From IMG/VR virus record IMGVR_UViG_3300025137_000058, positions 1 through 52,643 of that record: 52,643 nucleotides of DNA; one strand, 5' to 3'. The stretch's first letter is position 1, and every line of letters starts with the position of its first letter. The position numbers were made by a program, and so were the translations under genes. The notes below the pieces were generated by a model that saw only the letters and a program-made list of their open reading frames with translations, searched no databases and was not told where the DNA came from. Source of the DNA: a virus (taxonomy: Duplodnaviria > Caudoviricetes). Shown piece by piece: positions 1 to 9,630 of the stretch.

Positions 1-1080
1 CATAATCTTAAATTTAAAGGTAAACAATATAAAGAAATAGATATGGAGTTGGTAAAAATCAACAACTCTACTGAAATGGTTACATTTAAGATTATAGGTC
101 CAAAAGAATTATTTGGTAATGAAACTAACATATCGTTTAAAGCATTAAAACGAGGTCCATTTATGGCAACGAATATACCAAATGCTTTTGAAGTATTAGA
201 TAAAAATGCAGATATGAATGAAGATATGGATAGACAACCACAAGATAAAGACGTAAAGAAAGTAAAAGGTACACAACCTAAAAAGTATTTTAAAGGTATA
301 TCAAAAGATGCAAAAATGAAAAGAGCAAAATATTTTGCAAAGAAAAGTAAGTTACATCATAGTGACCCTGAGAGATATTCAGGTAAAAGACCAGGTGATA
401 GTGATGATGCTAAACCGTCTAAACCAGCAGACGCAACTATAAAGGTAAGAAAAATGTTAAAGAAAAAGGGATTTGAAGAATTTAAGAACGAGATTGCACC
501 AATTAAAGAAGGTAGTCTTGAAGATGTTACAAAAAGATTAAAAGCAAAGAAAATTAGAGTTAAAACAATCACAAGAACAATGGACAAAGTTACACACTTA
601 TATGTTCATGTAAATGATGTTGATGATGCACAACAAATATTAAAGAATGACCCACTGTATATAGCAGGTAAGTTAAGAGTGGTTGCAAAAGAAGAGGTAC
701 AAAATGAAGCATGTTGGGATGGATACAAACAAGTAGGTATGAAAAACAAGGGTGGTAAACAAGTACCTAATTGTGTACCTGAAGAAATGTCAACTGATGA
801 AGCAAAAAAGATAGAGGGTTATGTACCTGAATCTTATGAAGAGGGTGAAGACTATGCAAATCACACAAAAGAGGTAACACCTGGTGAAAAAGCAGACAAA
901 AAACCTATGGATTCCAAGAAAAGAACACCCGAAAATAGAATAACTGCTGAAGATGTAAAAGAATGGGCACTTCAAGATGAAACAATAGATAAATATAAGG
1001 GTAGATACAAGGAAGAGTGGAAATCTAAACTTGTAGAAGTAACTAAAAAGATGATGAGCAGAGTAAATGAAGACATTTAA
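1..1080 (+). CDS. 5'-truncated modular virion/internal-type protein (frame open from base 1)
   Basis: Frame 1 has no stop upstream of the ATG at 43. Contains short modules I recognise from marine T4-like phages (QPKKYFKG..PGD; EACWDGYKQVGMK..VPNCVPEE) separated by acidic linkers. Confidence 0.65.
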   Translation, partial: HNLKFKGKQYKEIDMELVKINNSTEMVTFKIIGPKELFGNETNISFKALKRGPFMATNIPNAFEVLDKNADMNEDMDRQPQDKDVKKVKGTQPKKYFKGISKDAKMKRAKYFAKKSKLHHSDPERYSGKRPGDSDDAKPSKPADATIKVRKMLKKKGFEEFKNEIAPIKEGSLEDVTKRLKAKKIRVKTITRTMDKVTHLYVHVNDVDDAQQILKNDPLYIAGKLRVVAKEEVQNEACWDGYKQVGMKNKGGKQVPNCVPEEMSTDEAKKIEGYVPESYEEGEDYANHTKEVTPGEKADKKPMDSKKRTPENRITAEDVKEWALQDETIDKYKGRYKEEWKSKLVEVTKKMMSRVNEDI

Positions 1081-1414
1081 AGAGTATGAAAATATAGATG
1101 AGAATTGCGAAGAGTGTATATTCGAACACGAAGAAGAAGAATTACAAGAAGCAGAGTATCAAGGTAAAAAAGTAACTCTTAATGACCCTATTAGAGGTGG
1201 TAGTAAGAAATTTTATGTGTATGTTCAAAATGAAAAAGGTAATATTATCAAAGTTTCATTTGGCGACACAACAGGTTTAAGTATTAAACGAGATGACCCG
1301 GCACGAAGAAGGTCTTTTAGAGCAAGACACAATTGTGATAATCCAGGTCCTAAAACAAAAGCACGATATTGGTCTTGTTACCAATGGAGAGCAAACGCAA
1401 AGGTGGATAACTAA
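1067..1414 (+). CDS. Conserved phage protein with capsid-targeting-like N-terminus
   Basis: Starts MKTFKEY. C-terminal basic domain KKFYVYV..VSFGD..RRRSFRARHNC..KARYWSC. Confidence 0.7.
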   Translation: MKTFKEYENIDENCEECIFEHEEEELQEAEYQGKKVTLNDPIRGGSKKFYVYVQNEKGNIIKVSFGDTTGLSIKRDDPARRRSFRARHNCDNPGPKTKARYWSCYQWRANAKVDN

Positions 1415-1415
1415 A

Positions 1416-4043
1416 ATGATTAGATATAGAAAATCAATGAGAGATGCTTTAGGTGAAGTTAGAGGTCTTGTAGAGGATGCTACAACATCATACCCTCCTA
1501 AAGAAATTAATAAAAAGAAACATGATGCTTACAAAGACCCTAAAAAAGGTGAAAAAGAAATTCAAGAAGAAGACCCATCAATTGATGACATTGCGAAAGG
1601 TTTGAAGTTAGATAAGAAACTTGTTAAGAAGATAATGGGTGAAGAAATAAATGATTTACAGGAAATACCTGCTAGTCTAATGCAAGACCTAAGAAAGACT
1701 TTTGAACCATTAAGAGGTAAAAAAATATCAGTTGATAATAGTAATAAATTATCGGCGATTATGAATAAGTTTACATCAAAAGCAGATTTAATTACTTTGT
1801 TTAAAGCAGATATTCCATTTATATCTTTATTAGCATCCACTAGATTAATTCAAAAATTTGGTATGAGTGGTGCCCAAATTAATAAACTAAGAGAAGAAGT
1901 TGAACTTGATGAGATGTTTGACTATGCAATCATAGATGGTGATAATAAAATCCTAGGATTGTATAAAGGTCAAGACGGAAAAAAACATGCACAGATGAAT
2001 TTAAAAGGTGCAGAAAGACAACTTGGTATTAAGAAACCTCTTAAAGTTAGACCAGTGAGTAAAAAGAAAGTTGGTGACACAGTCATAGGTATTGGAGAAG
2101 AAGTTGAACTAAAAGAATTTTCATCACAACAAATTAAACAAGCATATGGTATTGCAAATGACCCTAGATATAAACAAGGTAATATGTCAGGTGCCGTAAA
2201 TGCTATTGAAAAAATTGCAAAAGGATTATCTAAACATCCAGATGTGCAAAAAGTTTTAAAAAGAACACAAGAAGAAGTAGAACTTGATGAAACACTTTTA
2301 GAATTTAAAAAAGGTGATATAGTTATTCCTAATGTAGGTCCTCACAAAGGTGTTAAACATGAAATAATTCACGATTTCAAAGATGGCACATACAACATAC
2401 AACCTGATATAGCATTAGCAAGAAATATTAAATATAGATTAGGCGCCGCTAGAGCAAAAGCAAGTGAACTTGTTGGTGTTGATGAAGAAACTGTTCCTGC
2501 AAATGTAAAAAAGATTGCTAAAGAATTAGACAAAGCAGTTGCTATGCACAAAAGTCAAGCACAAAGATTGCGTAAAGCAGGTGTTAGTGAAGAAGATAAA
2601 CTTGATGAAATGGGTTCTATCAAACCAAGACACTATGATGTAGAAGTAACAATTAAAAATAGAAGAGATGCTAAAGCAGTTGATGAATACATATCTGATA
2701 ACATGAGTATGGGTATAGAAGATTACGATAATGATGGTATAATGACTGCTAGTGGTTACACAGAAGGTACAGTTAACTTTCATGGTGATGATGCAGGTCA
2801 TATCGGTGTTGAATTACAAAAAAAGTTTGGAAGTAAAATAAAAGTTGTTGGTGAACAAGTTGAGATTAAGGAAGAGGTTGCAGATATATTTGTACAAAAT
2901 AAAGTTGGTTCTGAGCATCAAGTTCAAATTGCATTAACAATAAAAGCACTTGCAAATAAATTAGGATTAAGAAATGGTTCAGTAGGACCTGTAGTTAGAG
3001 TAATGGGTCCGAAAAATGTTGTGAATCAATTTCTAGGTTCTGTTATTGGTAAATCAAGTATGGGTAATGCAACACAAAAAGGAACAATTCCTAAAGACTA
3101 TGACAAAAGTTTAAATAAACAACTAAGAGAAGAAACACTAGAACTTGGTGAAGGTACTATGAAGGGTGGACTGATAACTGATAGAGTAGATGACATACTT
3201 AAAATAGGTCCAAAATTTGTTGCTTTAATTAGTCGAAAACCAACAGTACAACAATTAGAAAGAATGTGTGTACAAGAATTGTTTGATGATTCATTACTAG
3301 ATGATTTCTATTACATTGACCCTAGTTCAAAAGGTATTGTAAAGAGTGGTAATCCTGAAGCAAAAAAGGCGTATGGTAAACATGCTAGAGTACTACACAG
3401 TGTAGACCCTAGAAGTGTTTTACAATACAATTTAGCAGGTAGAACATTTCAAGGTAGAAGTGATGGTTTAATGTTACACAGTTTAGGCGCCGCCATGTTA
3501 GCATTTCATCTTGCTGATTTAGGAATACCAGCAATAAAAATTAACCCAGATTTAGAATTGTTTGATAATCCTAAATATAAGGGAACACAAAAAATAAGTC
3601 CTGATGTTATACTAAAAAACTTTAGAGTATCAAAATCTGATGTTTTGCGTGTGATACAAATGCATATGAGAGATATGAGTGGACCAGAAATAAGTAAATT
3701 AGTTTCTATCTCACCAAAAAGTTTACAATATCAATTTAAAGAAAATTCACAACATGCAGGTGCTAGAGGATTAGTTGAAAGATTAACGGGTATGGATTTA
3801 ACTGAAGTAAATGCTGATGTAACAAAAAGTCTTACAAAGAAATCAAAAGCATCAGGTATTCCCTTAGGTATATTAAAACAAGTTTTCAAAAGAGGAATGG
3901 CGGCGTTTGGTAGTGGTAGTAGAACTAACATGTCCCAACACGGATGGTCACACGCAAGAGTAAATTCTTTCATAGCAAAGAAACCAGGCACTTGGGGTGG
4001 AGCAGATAAAGATTTAGCAAAACAGGCGAGGAGTTCAAAATGA
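1416..4043 (+). CDS. Large modular putative head-internal polyprotein
   Basis: ORF track 1293..4043; the start is more likely the ATG at 1416, right after the upstream stop. Repeated EEVEL(D/K)E linkers. C-terminal SGIPLGILKQVFKRGMAAF..WSHARVNSF module. Confidence 0.7.
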   Translation: MIRYRKSMRDALGEVRGLVEDATTSYPPKEINKKKHDAYKDPKKGEKEIQEEDPSIDDIAKGLKLDKKLVKKIMGEEINDLQEIPASLMQDLRKTFEPLRGKKISVDNSNKLSAIMNKFTSKADLITLFKADIPFISLLASTRLIQKFGMSGAQINKLREEVELDEMFDYAIIDGDNKILGLYKGQDGKKHAQMNLKGAERQLGIKKPLKVRPVSKKKVGDTVIGIGEEVELKEFSSQQIKQAYGIANDPRYKQGNMSGAVNAIEKIAKGLSKHPDVQKVLKRTQEEVELDETLLEFKKGDIVIPNVGPHKGVKHEIIHDFKDGTYNIQPDIALARNIKYRLGAARAKASELVGVDEETVPANVKKIAKELDKAVAMHKSQAQRLRKAGVSEEDKLDEMGSIKPRHYDVEVTIKNRRDAKAVDEYISDNMSMGIEDYDNDGIMTASGYTEGTVNFHGDDAGHIGVELQKKFGSKIKVVGEQVEIKEEVADIFVQNKVGSEHQVQIALTIKALANKLGLRNGSVGPVVRVMGPKNVVNQFLGSVIGKSSMGNATQKGTIPKDYDKSLNKQLREETLELGEGTMKGGLITDRVDDILKIGPKFVALISRKPTVQQLERMCVQELFDDSLLDDFYYIDPSSKGIVKSGNPEAKKAYGKHARVLHSVDPRSVLQYNLAGRTFQGRSDGLMLHSLGAAMLAFHLADLGIPAIKINPDLELFDNPKYKGTQKISPDVILKNFRVSKSDVLRVIQMHMRDMSGPEISKLVSISPKSLQYQFKENSQHAGARGLVERLTGMDLTEVNADVTKSLTKKSKASGIPLGILKQVFKRGMAAFGSGSRTNMSQHGWSHARVNSFIAKKPGTWGGADKDLAKQARSSK

Positions 4044-4855
4044 GTTATTTAGAAACAAAAACAGGTAGTCTTGAAGAGGCAATCAGAAAGCATGATGAAG
4101 ACTATCAAGCAATGTTTAAAAAAGAATTAGATAAATCAGGTAAGTCGATAGGTCAAATGACACCTGATGAAAAGAAAGCATTCTTTAATAAGTTAGATAA
4201 AATGCATACTGCAAAGAATGAAGCAAAGGTTGACGAGTTAACTAAAGCACAAAAGAAGTTACCACCTGGATTGCAAAAAGCAATCAAGAAAAAGGAAATG
4301 AAAGAAGAACAGATTGATGAGGTTAATTTAACCTTTATTAGAAAGTTTGCAGACGATATGAAGAAGGACAAACAGTTTAAACCATTCGCAGATAAGTTTA
4401 TGAAAATGGCAATGAAGGGTGGTAGTCCAAGAGATGCACTTGAAAAATCATTACCAGATTATATCTCTGGTAAAGACATAGAAAAATTAATTGATAAAAA
4501 TAGAATGAGTGCTATATTTGGTGAAGATGTGCGTGAGTCAAAACAAGGTAAAGTTGATGTATTGAAAACAAAACTTGCTAAAGAGAAAGACACAGACGCA
4601 TTGCAAAAACAAATAACACAGTTGACAGGTCAGTTAGCATTAGCAAAACAAAAATTAGAAAACGAAAAGCACGGAAAATTACAACCTGAACCTAATCCTG
4701 AAACAGGTGAAGTTCCGTTAACAGTTGGTATTGCATACAAACATTTAAGAGATAAGATGAAAAAAGAAGAAGAGAAAAAACCAATAAAGAAAACTATGGT
4801 AGGGTCAAAAGCAGATAAAGTTGATACGGAACCTGAGGTTGAATTCGACAGATAA
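4040..4855 (+). CDS. Charged modular hypothetical (putative internal protein)
   Basis: 271-aa ORF overlapping the previous stop; KVDEL and EEQIDE linkers. Confidence 0.6.
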   Translation: MSYLETKTGSLEEAIRKHDEDYQAMFKKELDKSGKSIGQMTPDEKKAFFNKLDKMHTAKNEAKVDELTKAQKKLPPGLQKAIKKKEMKEEQIDEVNLTFIRKFADDMKKDKQFKPFADKFMKMAMKGGSPRDALEKSLPDYISGKDIEKLIDKNRMSAIFGEDVRESKQGKVDVLKTKLAKEKDTDALQKQITQLTGQLALAKQKLENEKHGKLQPEPNPETGEVPLTVGIAYKHLRDKMKKEEEKKPIKKTMVGSKADKVDTEPEVEFDR

Positions 4856-5346
4856 TGGATTCATCTACAAGAATTTATTGTGATATGGATGGTGTGCTTT
4901 GCGATTTTGCGAGAAACATTAAAACAACAACGGGAATGACAATCGATAAGTGGATGCGAGTCGATAAAAACGAAAGATGGAAAAAAATAATAGAAAAGGG
5001 TACTTTTTGGTCAACAATGCCATGGTTAAATGATGGTAAAAATCTTTGGAGATTTATAGAAAAGCATGACCCATATATTTTATCCGCCGCATCTCAACAA
5101 GACCCTAATTGTAAACCTGGAAAAATGCAATGGATAGCAAGAAACTTAGGTATACCTAGAAGTAGAGTTCATCTAGTTCAAAGACATGAAAAACAGATGT
5201 TTGCAAAGACGGGTGGTCAACCTTGTATTTTAATAGATGACTATGGCAGAAATACAAAAGAATTTACAACACGAGGTGGTGTTGGTATCAGATTTCAAAA
5301 TGCTGGTCAAGTTATCAGAGAATTGAAAGGACTTGGTTTCAATTGA
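4855..5346 (+). CDS. HAD-family 5'(3')-deoxyribonucleotidase-like protein
   Basis: HAD motif I DMDGVL, ILSA, and LIDD motif. Confidence 0.85.
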   Translation: MDSSTRIYCDMDGVLCDFARNIKTTTGMTIDKWMRVDKNERWKKIIEKGTFWSTMPWLNDGKNLWRFIEKHDPYILSAASQQDPNCKPGKMQWIARNLGIPRSRVHLVQRHEKQMFAKTGGQPCILIDDYGRNTKEFTTRGGVGIRFQNAGQVIRELKGLGFN

Positions 5347-5347
5347 T

Positions 5348-5355
5348 TATAAATA
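5348..5355 (+). promoter_or_regulatory. T4-type late promoter
   Basis: Exact TATAAATA in an intergenic position, upstream of SD AAGGAG and pqqA. Confidence 0.75.
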
Positions 5356-5378
5356 CTTTTTTAATTAAGGAGAAATTT

Positions 5379-5453
5379 ATGTGGAAGAAACCAGAAATAA
5401 AAATGATAAGTGTAGGATTAGAAATTAATTGCTATGCTTGTGCAGAAATATAA
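5379..5453 (+). CDS. pqqA: PQQ precursor peptide (24 aa; absent from ORF track)
   Basis: Manual translation MWKKPEIKMISVGLEINCYACAEI*. Has the W-x-x-P N-terminus and the G-x-E-x-x-x-Y core; strong SD AAGGAG. Confidence 0.88.
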   Translation: MWKKPEIKMISVGLEINCYACAEI

Positions 5454-5498
5454 ACAATTAAATTAACAAAGTGAGTACCTAAAAAGGGAGAGAATATT

Positions 5499-5804
5499 AT
5501 GTCAAGTTGGTCAAATACAGATGCTCATGGTAGTGCGCCGTTATGGGCACTAGCAAGGGTAAATAAAGAACCTAAAGCGGCGAACATGGGCGCCGCCGCA
5601 TCAGGTAAACTATTTAATAACGCAACAGAAGATAATCTTATAGATGGAGTGACTATCGGTCTTTTTAATTTTAAAGACGGAGAAGAACAAAGTGGTAAGA
5701 TTGCTCATGTTGGTTGGAATTTAAAAACTACTGGAACAGGAGGTCGTGCTAGTAGAATACAATTCGAAACTTTAGTATCTTTGGCAAATAGTCAAGATGC
5801 ATAA
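5499..5804 (+). CDS. Hypothetical, probable virion protein
   Basis: SD GGGAGAG; IAHVGW..GTGGRASRIQFETLV motif seen in T4-like structural regions. Confidence 0.6.
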   Translation: MSSWSNTDAHGSAPLWALARVNKEPKAANMGAAASGKLFNNATEDNLIDGVTIGLFNFKDGEEQSGKIAHVGWNLKTTGTGGRASRIQFETLVSLANSQDA

Positions 5805-5815
5805 TTAACTTAACA

Positions 5816-5889
5816 AGGGACACTTTACGGTGTGGGGTGTCCCTACTAATTGATGTAAGTAAATACTTACAGTAGCATTCCCGAAAGGG
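5816..5889 (+). other. Candidate structured intergenic RNA (three hairpins)
   Basis: agggacactttac/gtggggtgtccct, tgtaagta/tacttaca and ccc-GAAA-ggg stems, directly before the SD. Confidence 0.5.
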
Positions 5890-5904
5890 TTTAAAGGAGA
5901 TAAA

Positions 5905-6366
5905 ATGGCAGATAAAAAAATTACAGCATTAACCGATTTAGGTAATGGTCTAGCATCAGTAGATTTGTTTCATGTAGTTGACGACCCTACAGGAACACCT
6001 ATCAATAAAAAAATTACAGCAGAAGATGTATTTAATAATATACCGACATGGTTAGGATTAAATTCTACTTCACAAGCAATTACTGGAGATGGTTCAACAT
6101 CAACAGCAATTAATATTACAACACCAGTTACAGAAGTTAACGCAACTTCCGCCGCCGCTCCTTGTACATTGGCAGATGGAGCAAACGGTCAAATAAAAAC
6201 TATTATAAATGTTTCTACAAGTGGTACAAACAATATTGTAATAACACCTAGTAATTTGAGAGGATATGCAACAATAACTCTTAATGCACCTGGTGAAACA
6301 GTGACTTGTATGTTTAAGAATAGTAATTGGAATGTAATCGCAGGTAATGGTTACGCATTAGCATAA
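5905..6366 (+). CDS. Probable virion structural (fibre-like) protein
   Basis: MADKKITALTDL N-terminus; T/S/N/G-rich beta-type composition. Confidence 0.65.
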   Translation: MADKKITALTDLGNGLASVDLFHVVDDPTGTPINKKITAEDVFNNIPTWLGLNSTSQAITGDGSTSTAINITTPVTEVNATSAAAPCTLADGANGQIKTIINVSTSGTNNIVITPSNLRGYATITLNAPGETVTCMFKNSNWNVIAGNGYALA

Positions 6367-6381
6367 TAAGGAAATTTTAGA

Positions 6382-6609
6382 ATGAGTATATCAAAAAAAC
6401 TTTTAGTGGTTGAAAAACAAAAATTAGAGCAAGACTTTAATGCTCTATCTGAAAAATTAAAACAAAGTGAACTATCTATGCAAGGTTTAAGAAATAATTT
6501 AAACGCAATACACGGTGCTATGCAACAAGTGGACAAGTTATTAGGTATGTTTACAGACGATAAAGATGAGAAGGAAAAATCAGATGGTAAAGTCGTTCAA
6601 AAAACATGA
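6382..6609 (+). CDS. Small coiled-coil hypothetical
   Basis: 75-aa ORF with SD AAGGA and a heptad pattern. Confidence 0.6.
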   Translation: MSISKKLLVVEKQKLEQDFNALSEKLKQSELSMQGLRNNLNAIHGAMQQVDKLLGMFTDDKDEKEKSDGKVVQKT

Positions 6610-6730
6610 TAAAGATAGAGAAGTAGAAGAATTTGAAGAAGATTTAACACAAGGAAAATCTTCTAAAAAAAACGAAGAGAAGAATAAAAACGAAGAAAAT
6701 AACGATAGAGGAAAAAATGAAAACATTTAA
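6584..6730 (+). CDS. Small charged protein with CTS-like start (absent from ORF track)
   Basis: Manual translation MVKSFKKHDKDREVEEFEEDLTQG..ENI* (48 aa); SD AAGGA; fills the gap between neighbours. Confidence 0.55.
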   Translation: MVKSFKKHDKDREVEEFEEDLTQGKSSKKNEEKNKNEENNDRGKNENI

Positions 6731-7145
6731 ACAACATGTGAAAGAAGACCATGGTAGTATGGGTGTCGGTACATCTGACCAAAATGCTATTGAAGATGGT
6801 TCTATAGGTGTGCATAATGTACATGACCCTGATGTTTTAAAAAGAGTTAACATATTTGTTAATTCTATGTCTATGAAAGAATATTTAAGTCCTGACCATG
6901 CAATAACTGAACTAAGAAATAAACTTATGAGAATAGGTTTAAATTTTGGTCCTGTTGGTTTTGATGAAAATAAAGGAGACCAAACAGTAAGAGTAAGTAG
7001 ATTTAAAACATTTGGTAAAGCAGATGACGGACAAGACATTGATAATGATGGTATCGAAGATGTGAAAGAAGGTGGTCTTAATCTAAGAATTAGACACGAA
7101 AAATCAAGTGAAGGAACATCAAAGGTATATTGCGAATTGATATAG
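6717..7145 (+). CDS. Conserved T4-like hypothetical with CTS-like start
   Basis: Starts MKTFKQHVKE. Confidence 0.7.
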   Translation: MKTFKQHVKEDHGSMGVGTSDQNAIEDGSIGVHNVHDPDVLKRVNIFVNSMSMKEYLSPDHAITELRNKLMRIGLNFGPVGFDENKGDQTVRVSRFKTFGKADDGQDIDNDGIEDVKEGGLNLRIRHEKSSEGTSKVYCELI

Positions 7146-7508
7146 ATGTTTCACACAATAACGAAAGAGAACTGGTTATTATTCGCACAAAAGCATTATG
7201 ATAACCCTACTTTAGAAAAAGAAGTAGAATTTTATGATGATTTAAAGAGATTTAAATATCTTAAAAGACTTTTTCGTAAGTATGATACTAATTCAAGATT
7301 AAAAGTTCGATTAGCATTGAATCATATTATTGTGTTACAAAACGTGTTTGGTGTTGAACCATGCGTAACATTATTACTATATAAGATAGATAATAAACAC
7401 TATGGTATTTTGAAAGCAATATTAAATTATTTACAGTATTTGTATCCAGATGAATTAAATTTTGTAAAAGAGGATAAAATAGTAAGGGAACAACTAGAGA
7501 GGTTATAA
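7146..7508 (+). CDS. Conserved T4-like hypothetical
   Basis: FAQKHYDNP..FYDDLKRFKYLKRL..RLALNHII..NVFG pattern. Confidence 0.75.
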   Translation: MFHTITKENWLLFAQKHYDNPTLEKEVEFYDDLKRFKYLKRLFRKYDTNSRLKVRLALNHIIVLQNVFGVEPCVTLLLYKIDNKHYGILKAILNYLQYLYPDELNFVKEDKIVREQLERL

Positions 7509-8122
7509 TGTCAACAAAAGGTAATAGAGCAATAGATATGTTAATTACATATCGAGTATTGAAAATATTAACCACACCATTTGAAAAACAAGATGCTTTT
7601 AAATTCGGTATTATAGATAAAAATGGTAAAGTGTTAAGAAGATATAAAGATGTATCAAAGTCAGATGAGAAAAAAACATATACCTGGTTACATAGATTTG
7701 TTTTTAATATCAAAAGATTATTAGGTAAAGCAGGTCTTGGTGGAAGATTAGGTAGTTTAGGAGTAGCACTAGCACTTTTATTAAAAGAGGAGGAGTATAT
7801 TAGTAGACAACCTGCTAAGATGAGAAGACTTCTAGAACATACTGCTGGTGATTATAAGAAATATGATAAAGTTTTTGAGTCAGCAATTGTTCAATACTGT
7901 AAACATATTGGTATATGGGAAACATTAATAAAAGAAGATGCAAATCTACCATCAACTTCAATAGCAGTTTTACAAGAAAAATTTGAAAAAAATCCTGATA
8001 TGAAATTAACAGCAAATTATTTTGGTTGTGATATATTTGAAAATGCAGATAAAAGAATTGTTACTTCATCTAGGTCAAACAACGCCATTGGAAGTTTTTT
8101 AGGTAGAGGTTCATCAGTATGA
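7508..8122 (+). CDS. Conserved T4-like hypothetical
   Basis: RVLKILTTPFEKQDAFKFGIIDKNGKVL..HRFVFNIKRLL pattern. Confidence 0.7.
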   Translation: MSTKGNRAIDMLITYRVLKILTTPFEKQDAFKFGIIDKNGKVLRRYKDVSKSDEKKTYTWLHRFVFNIKRLLGKAGLGGRLGSLGVALALLLKEEEYISRQPAKMRRLLEHTAGDYKKYDKVFESAIVQYCKHIGIWETLIKEDANLPSTSIAVLQEKFEKNPDMKLTANYFGCDIFENADKRIVTSSRSNNAIGSFLGRGSSV

Positions 8123-9630
8123 AAACATTTAAATCATTAGCACATGAAATGATAACAAAGGTAGATGAAGATGCTCCTGCTAATGCAGTGGGTACAGGTG
8201 CAAATGTGGCGTTACCACCAACACACGAACCTGGTGTTAAGAAAAAGAAGAAGAAGAAACACGACCCTATTTTAATGAACACCCTTAAAAGAAAAGTAGA
8301 AGAGAATAACGACAACAATAGTACAATGCTCAAAGGAGTATTAGATAAACTAGAACAGTTAGATACAATTGTTGATGAAGTATCAGGTGTAAAAAAAACG
8401 GATATATTTGAACAAGATTTTCAAAGCGAATACACCACATTTAAAGACAAATATATGGGTCAACTTTTAAATGAAACAGATACGGCGGCGGCGAAAGAAA
8501 TGGAACAATTGTTAGTTGATTGTGCAAGAAATGTTGCAAAAGATAATAATTATAATAAAGTTAAGAAAAAAATGGGAAGAGATGGTGATCCTGTGAAGTT
8601 AGGTAAAAGTATACTTACAAAAATAGGTAATCCAACATCTGGTATGATGATGAAAAGTGGTGATATAAACGGAAAGGTTTGGGGACCTGGACCTTATGAG
8701 GGTGAAAAACAATGGATAGGTACTCAACCCACTGCTAAAACGGATATAATATTAGATAAAATGAAAATATCTTTAAAAACAGGTAGTGCCCAATTAATGT
8801 CAGGTACTCCTGAAGAAACGGAATCAACTATGAGATATGCTATTAGAAAAGTTGGTGAAAAAAGAAATCGTGAAACTGAAAACATAAGTAACAATATTGT
8901 TGATGAAATAAATAAATTATTACGAAGTGGTGAACTTGACCCAAAATTTCCTGGTGGTGTCGATTTTCAGAAGAAGGGTGGAACTATAAAATATTTTGTA
9001 GGTACAAAACCAGTTACTCAAAAGGTTAAAGGTTGGGATAAAGGTGACATTGATGCTGAATTACAAAAAGCAGACAACTTCAATTTAAAATTTAAAGATG
9101 AATTAAGTACATTTTTTAATAATAATCTTGATTTCAAAACATTTTTTGTCTATGAGGCGATGACAGGTGAAACCAAATTTGATAAAGGTGATGCAACAGC
9201 AGACCATTTTTTAGTTGTTGATTATTCAGGTAGTGCAAATTTACATCAAGTTAGATTTCCTGGTAGTAATTATGTTAATTCTATTTTAAGACAAGTTAAA
9301 CCTGATGTTAAATTTAAAACTGCTCAAAGAAAAAGAAAAATTGATGGTACAAAATATGGGCAAGGATTTTATAGTATTAGGTCAGTTGTTGGTTTAGGAT
9401 ACAAAGCAATAGCACAAGCACAAAACGAATGTTTTGAAATGACAAAAGATACAAATTTTTTAACAGAAGGTATTATTGATAGAATAAAATCAATTTGGTC
9501 AAAAACAAAAAATTTCATTTCAGGTCTTATAAGAGATGTAAAACTATTCTTATCAAAAAGCATATCTAATATTATGGAATTTTTAGGTGTAGAACCTGAA
9601 GTTAGATTTAATAATACAGTAAGATGGTAA
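8119..9630 (+). CDS. CTS-like protein with possible PD-(D/E)XK nuclease-like domain
   Basis: MKTFKS start, EDAPANAVG module, then AKTDII..KISLK. Confidence 0.55.
   Translation: MKTFKSLAHEMITKVDEDAPANAVGTGANVALPPTHEPGVKKKKKKKHDPILMNTLKRKVEENNDNNSTMLKGVLDKLEQLDTIVDEVSGVKKTDIFEQDFQSEYTTFKDKYMGQLLNETDTAAAKEMEQLLVDCARNVAKDNNYNKVKKKMGRDGDPVKLGKSILTKIGNPTSGMMMKSGDINGKVWGPGPYEGEKQWIGTQPTAKTDIILDKMKISLKTGSAQLMSGTPEETESTMRYAIRKVGEKRNRETENISNNIVDEINKLLRSGELDPKFPGGVDFQKKGGTIKYFVGTKPVTQKVKGWDKGDIDAELQKADNFNLKFKDELSTFFNNNLDFKTFFVYEAMTGETKFDKGDATADHFLVVDYSGSANLHQVRFPGSNYVNSILRQVKPDVKFKTAQRKRKIDGTKYGQGFYSIRSVVGLGYKAIAQAQNECFEMTKDTNFLTEGIIDRIKSIWSKTKNFISGLIRDVKLFLSKSISNIMEFLGVEPEVRFNNTVRW

Noticed and set aside
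1293-1415. Longer N-terminus for the 916-aa ORF
   Set aside because: It overlaps the conserved domain of the 1067..1414 gene; the ATG at 1416 fits better.
5843-5889. Hammerhead ribozyme (TGATG...GAAA)
   Set aside because: The core reads TTGATGT rather than CTGATGA, and GAAA sits in a tetraloop, so the topology does not fit.
8238-8260. AAG-type repeat tract
   Set aside because: It encodes an in-frame poly-Lys stretch with mixed codons; no sign of phase variation.
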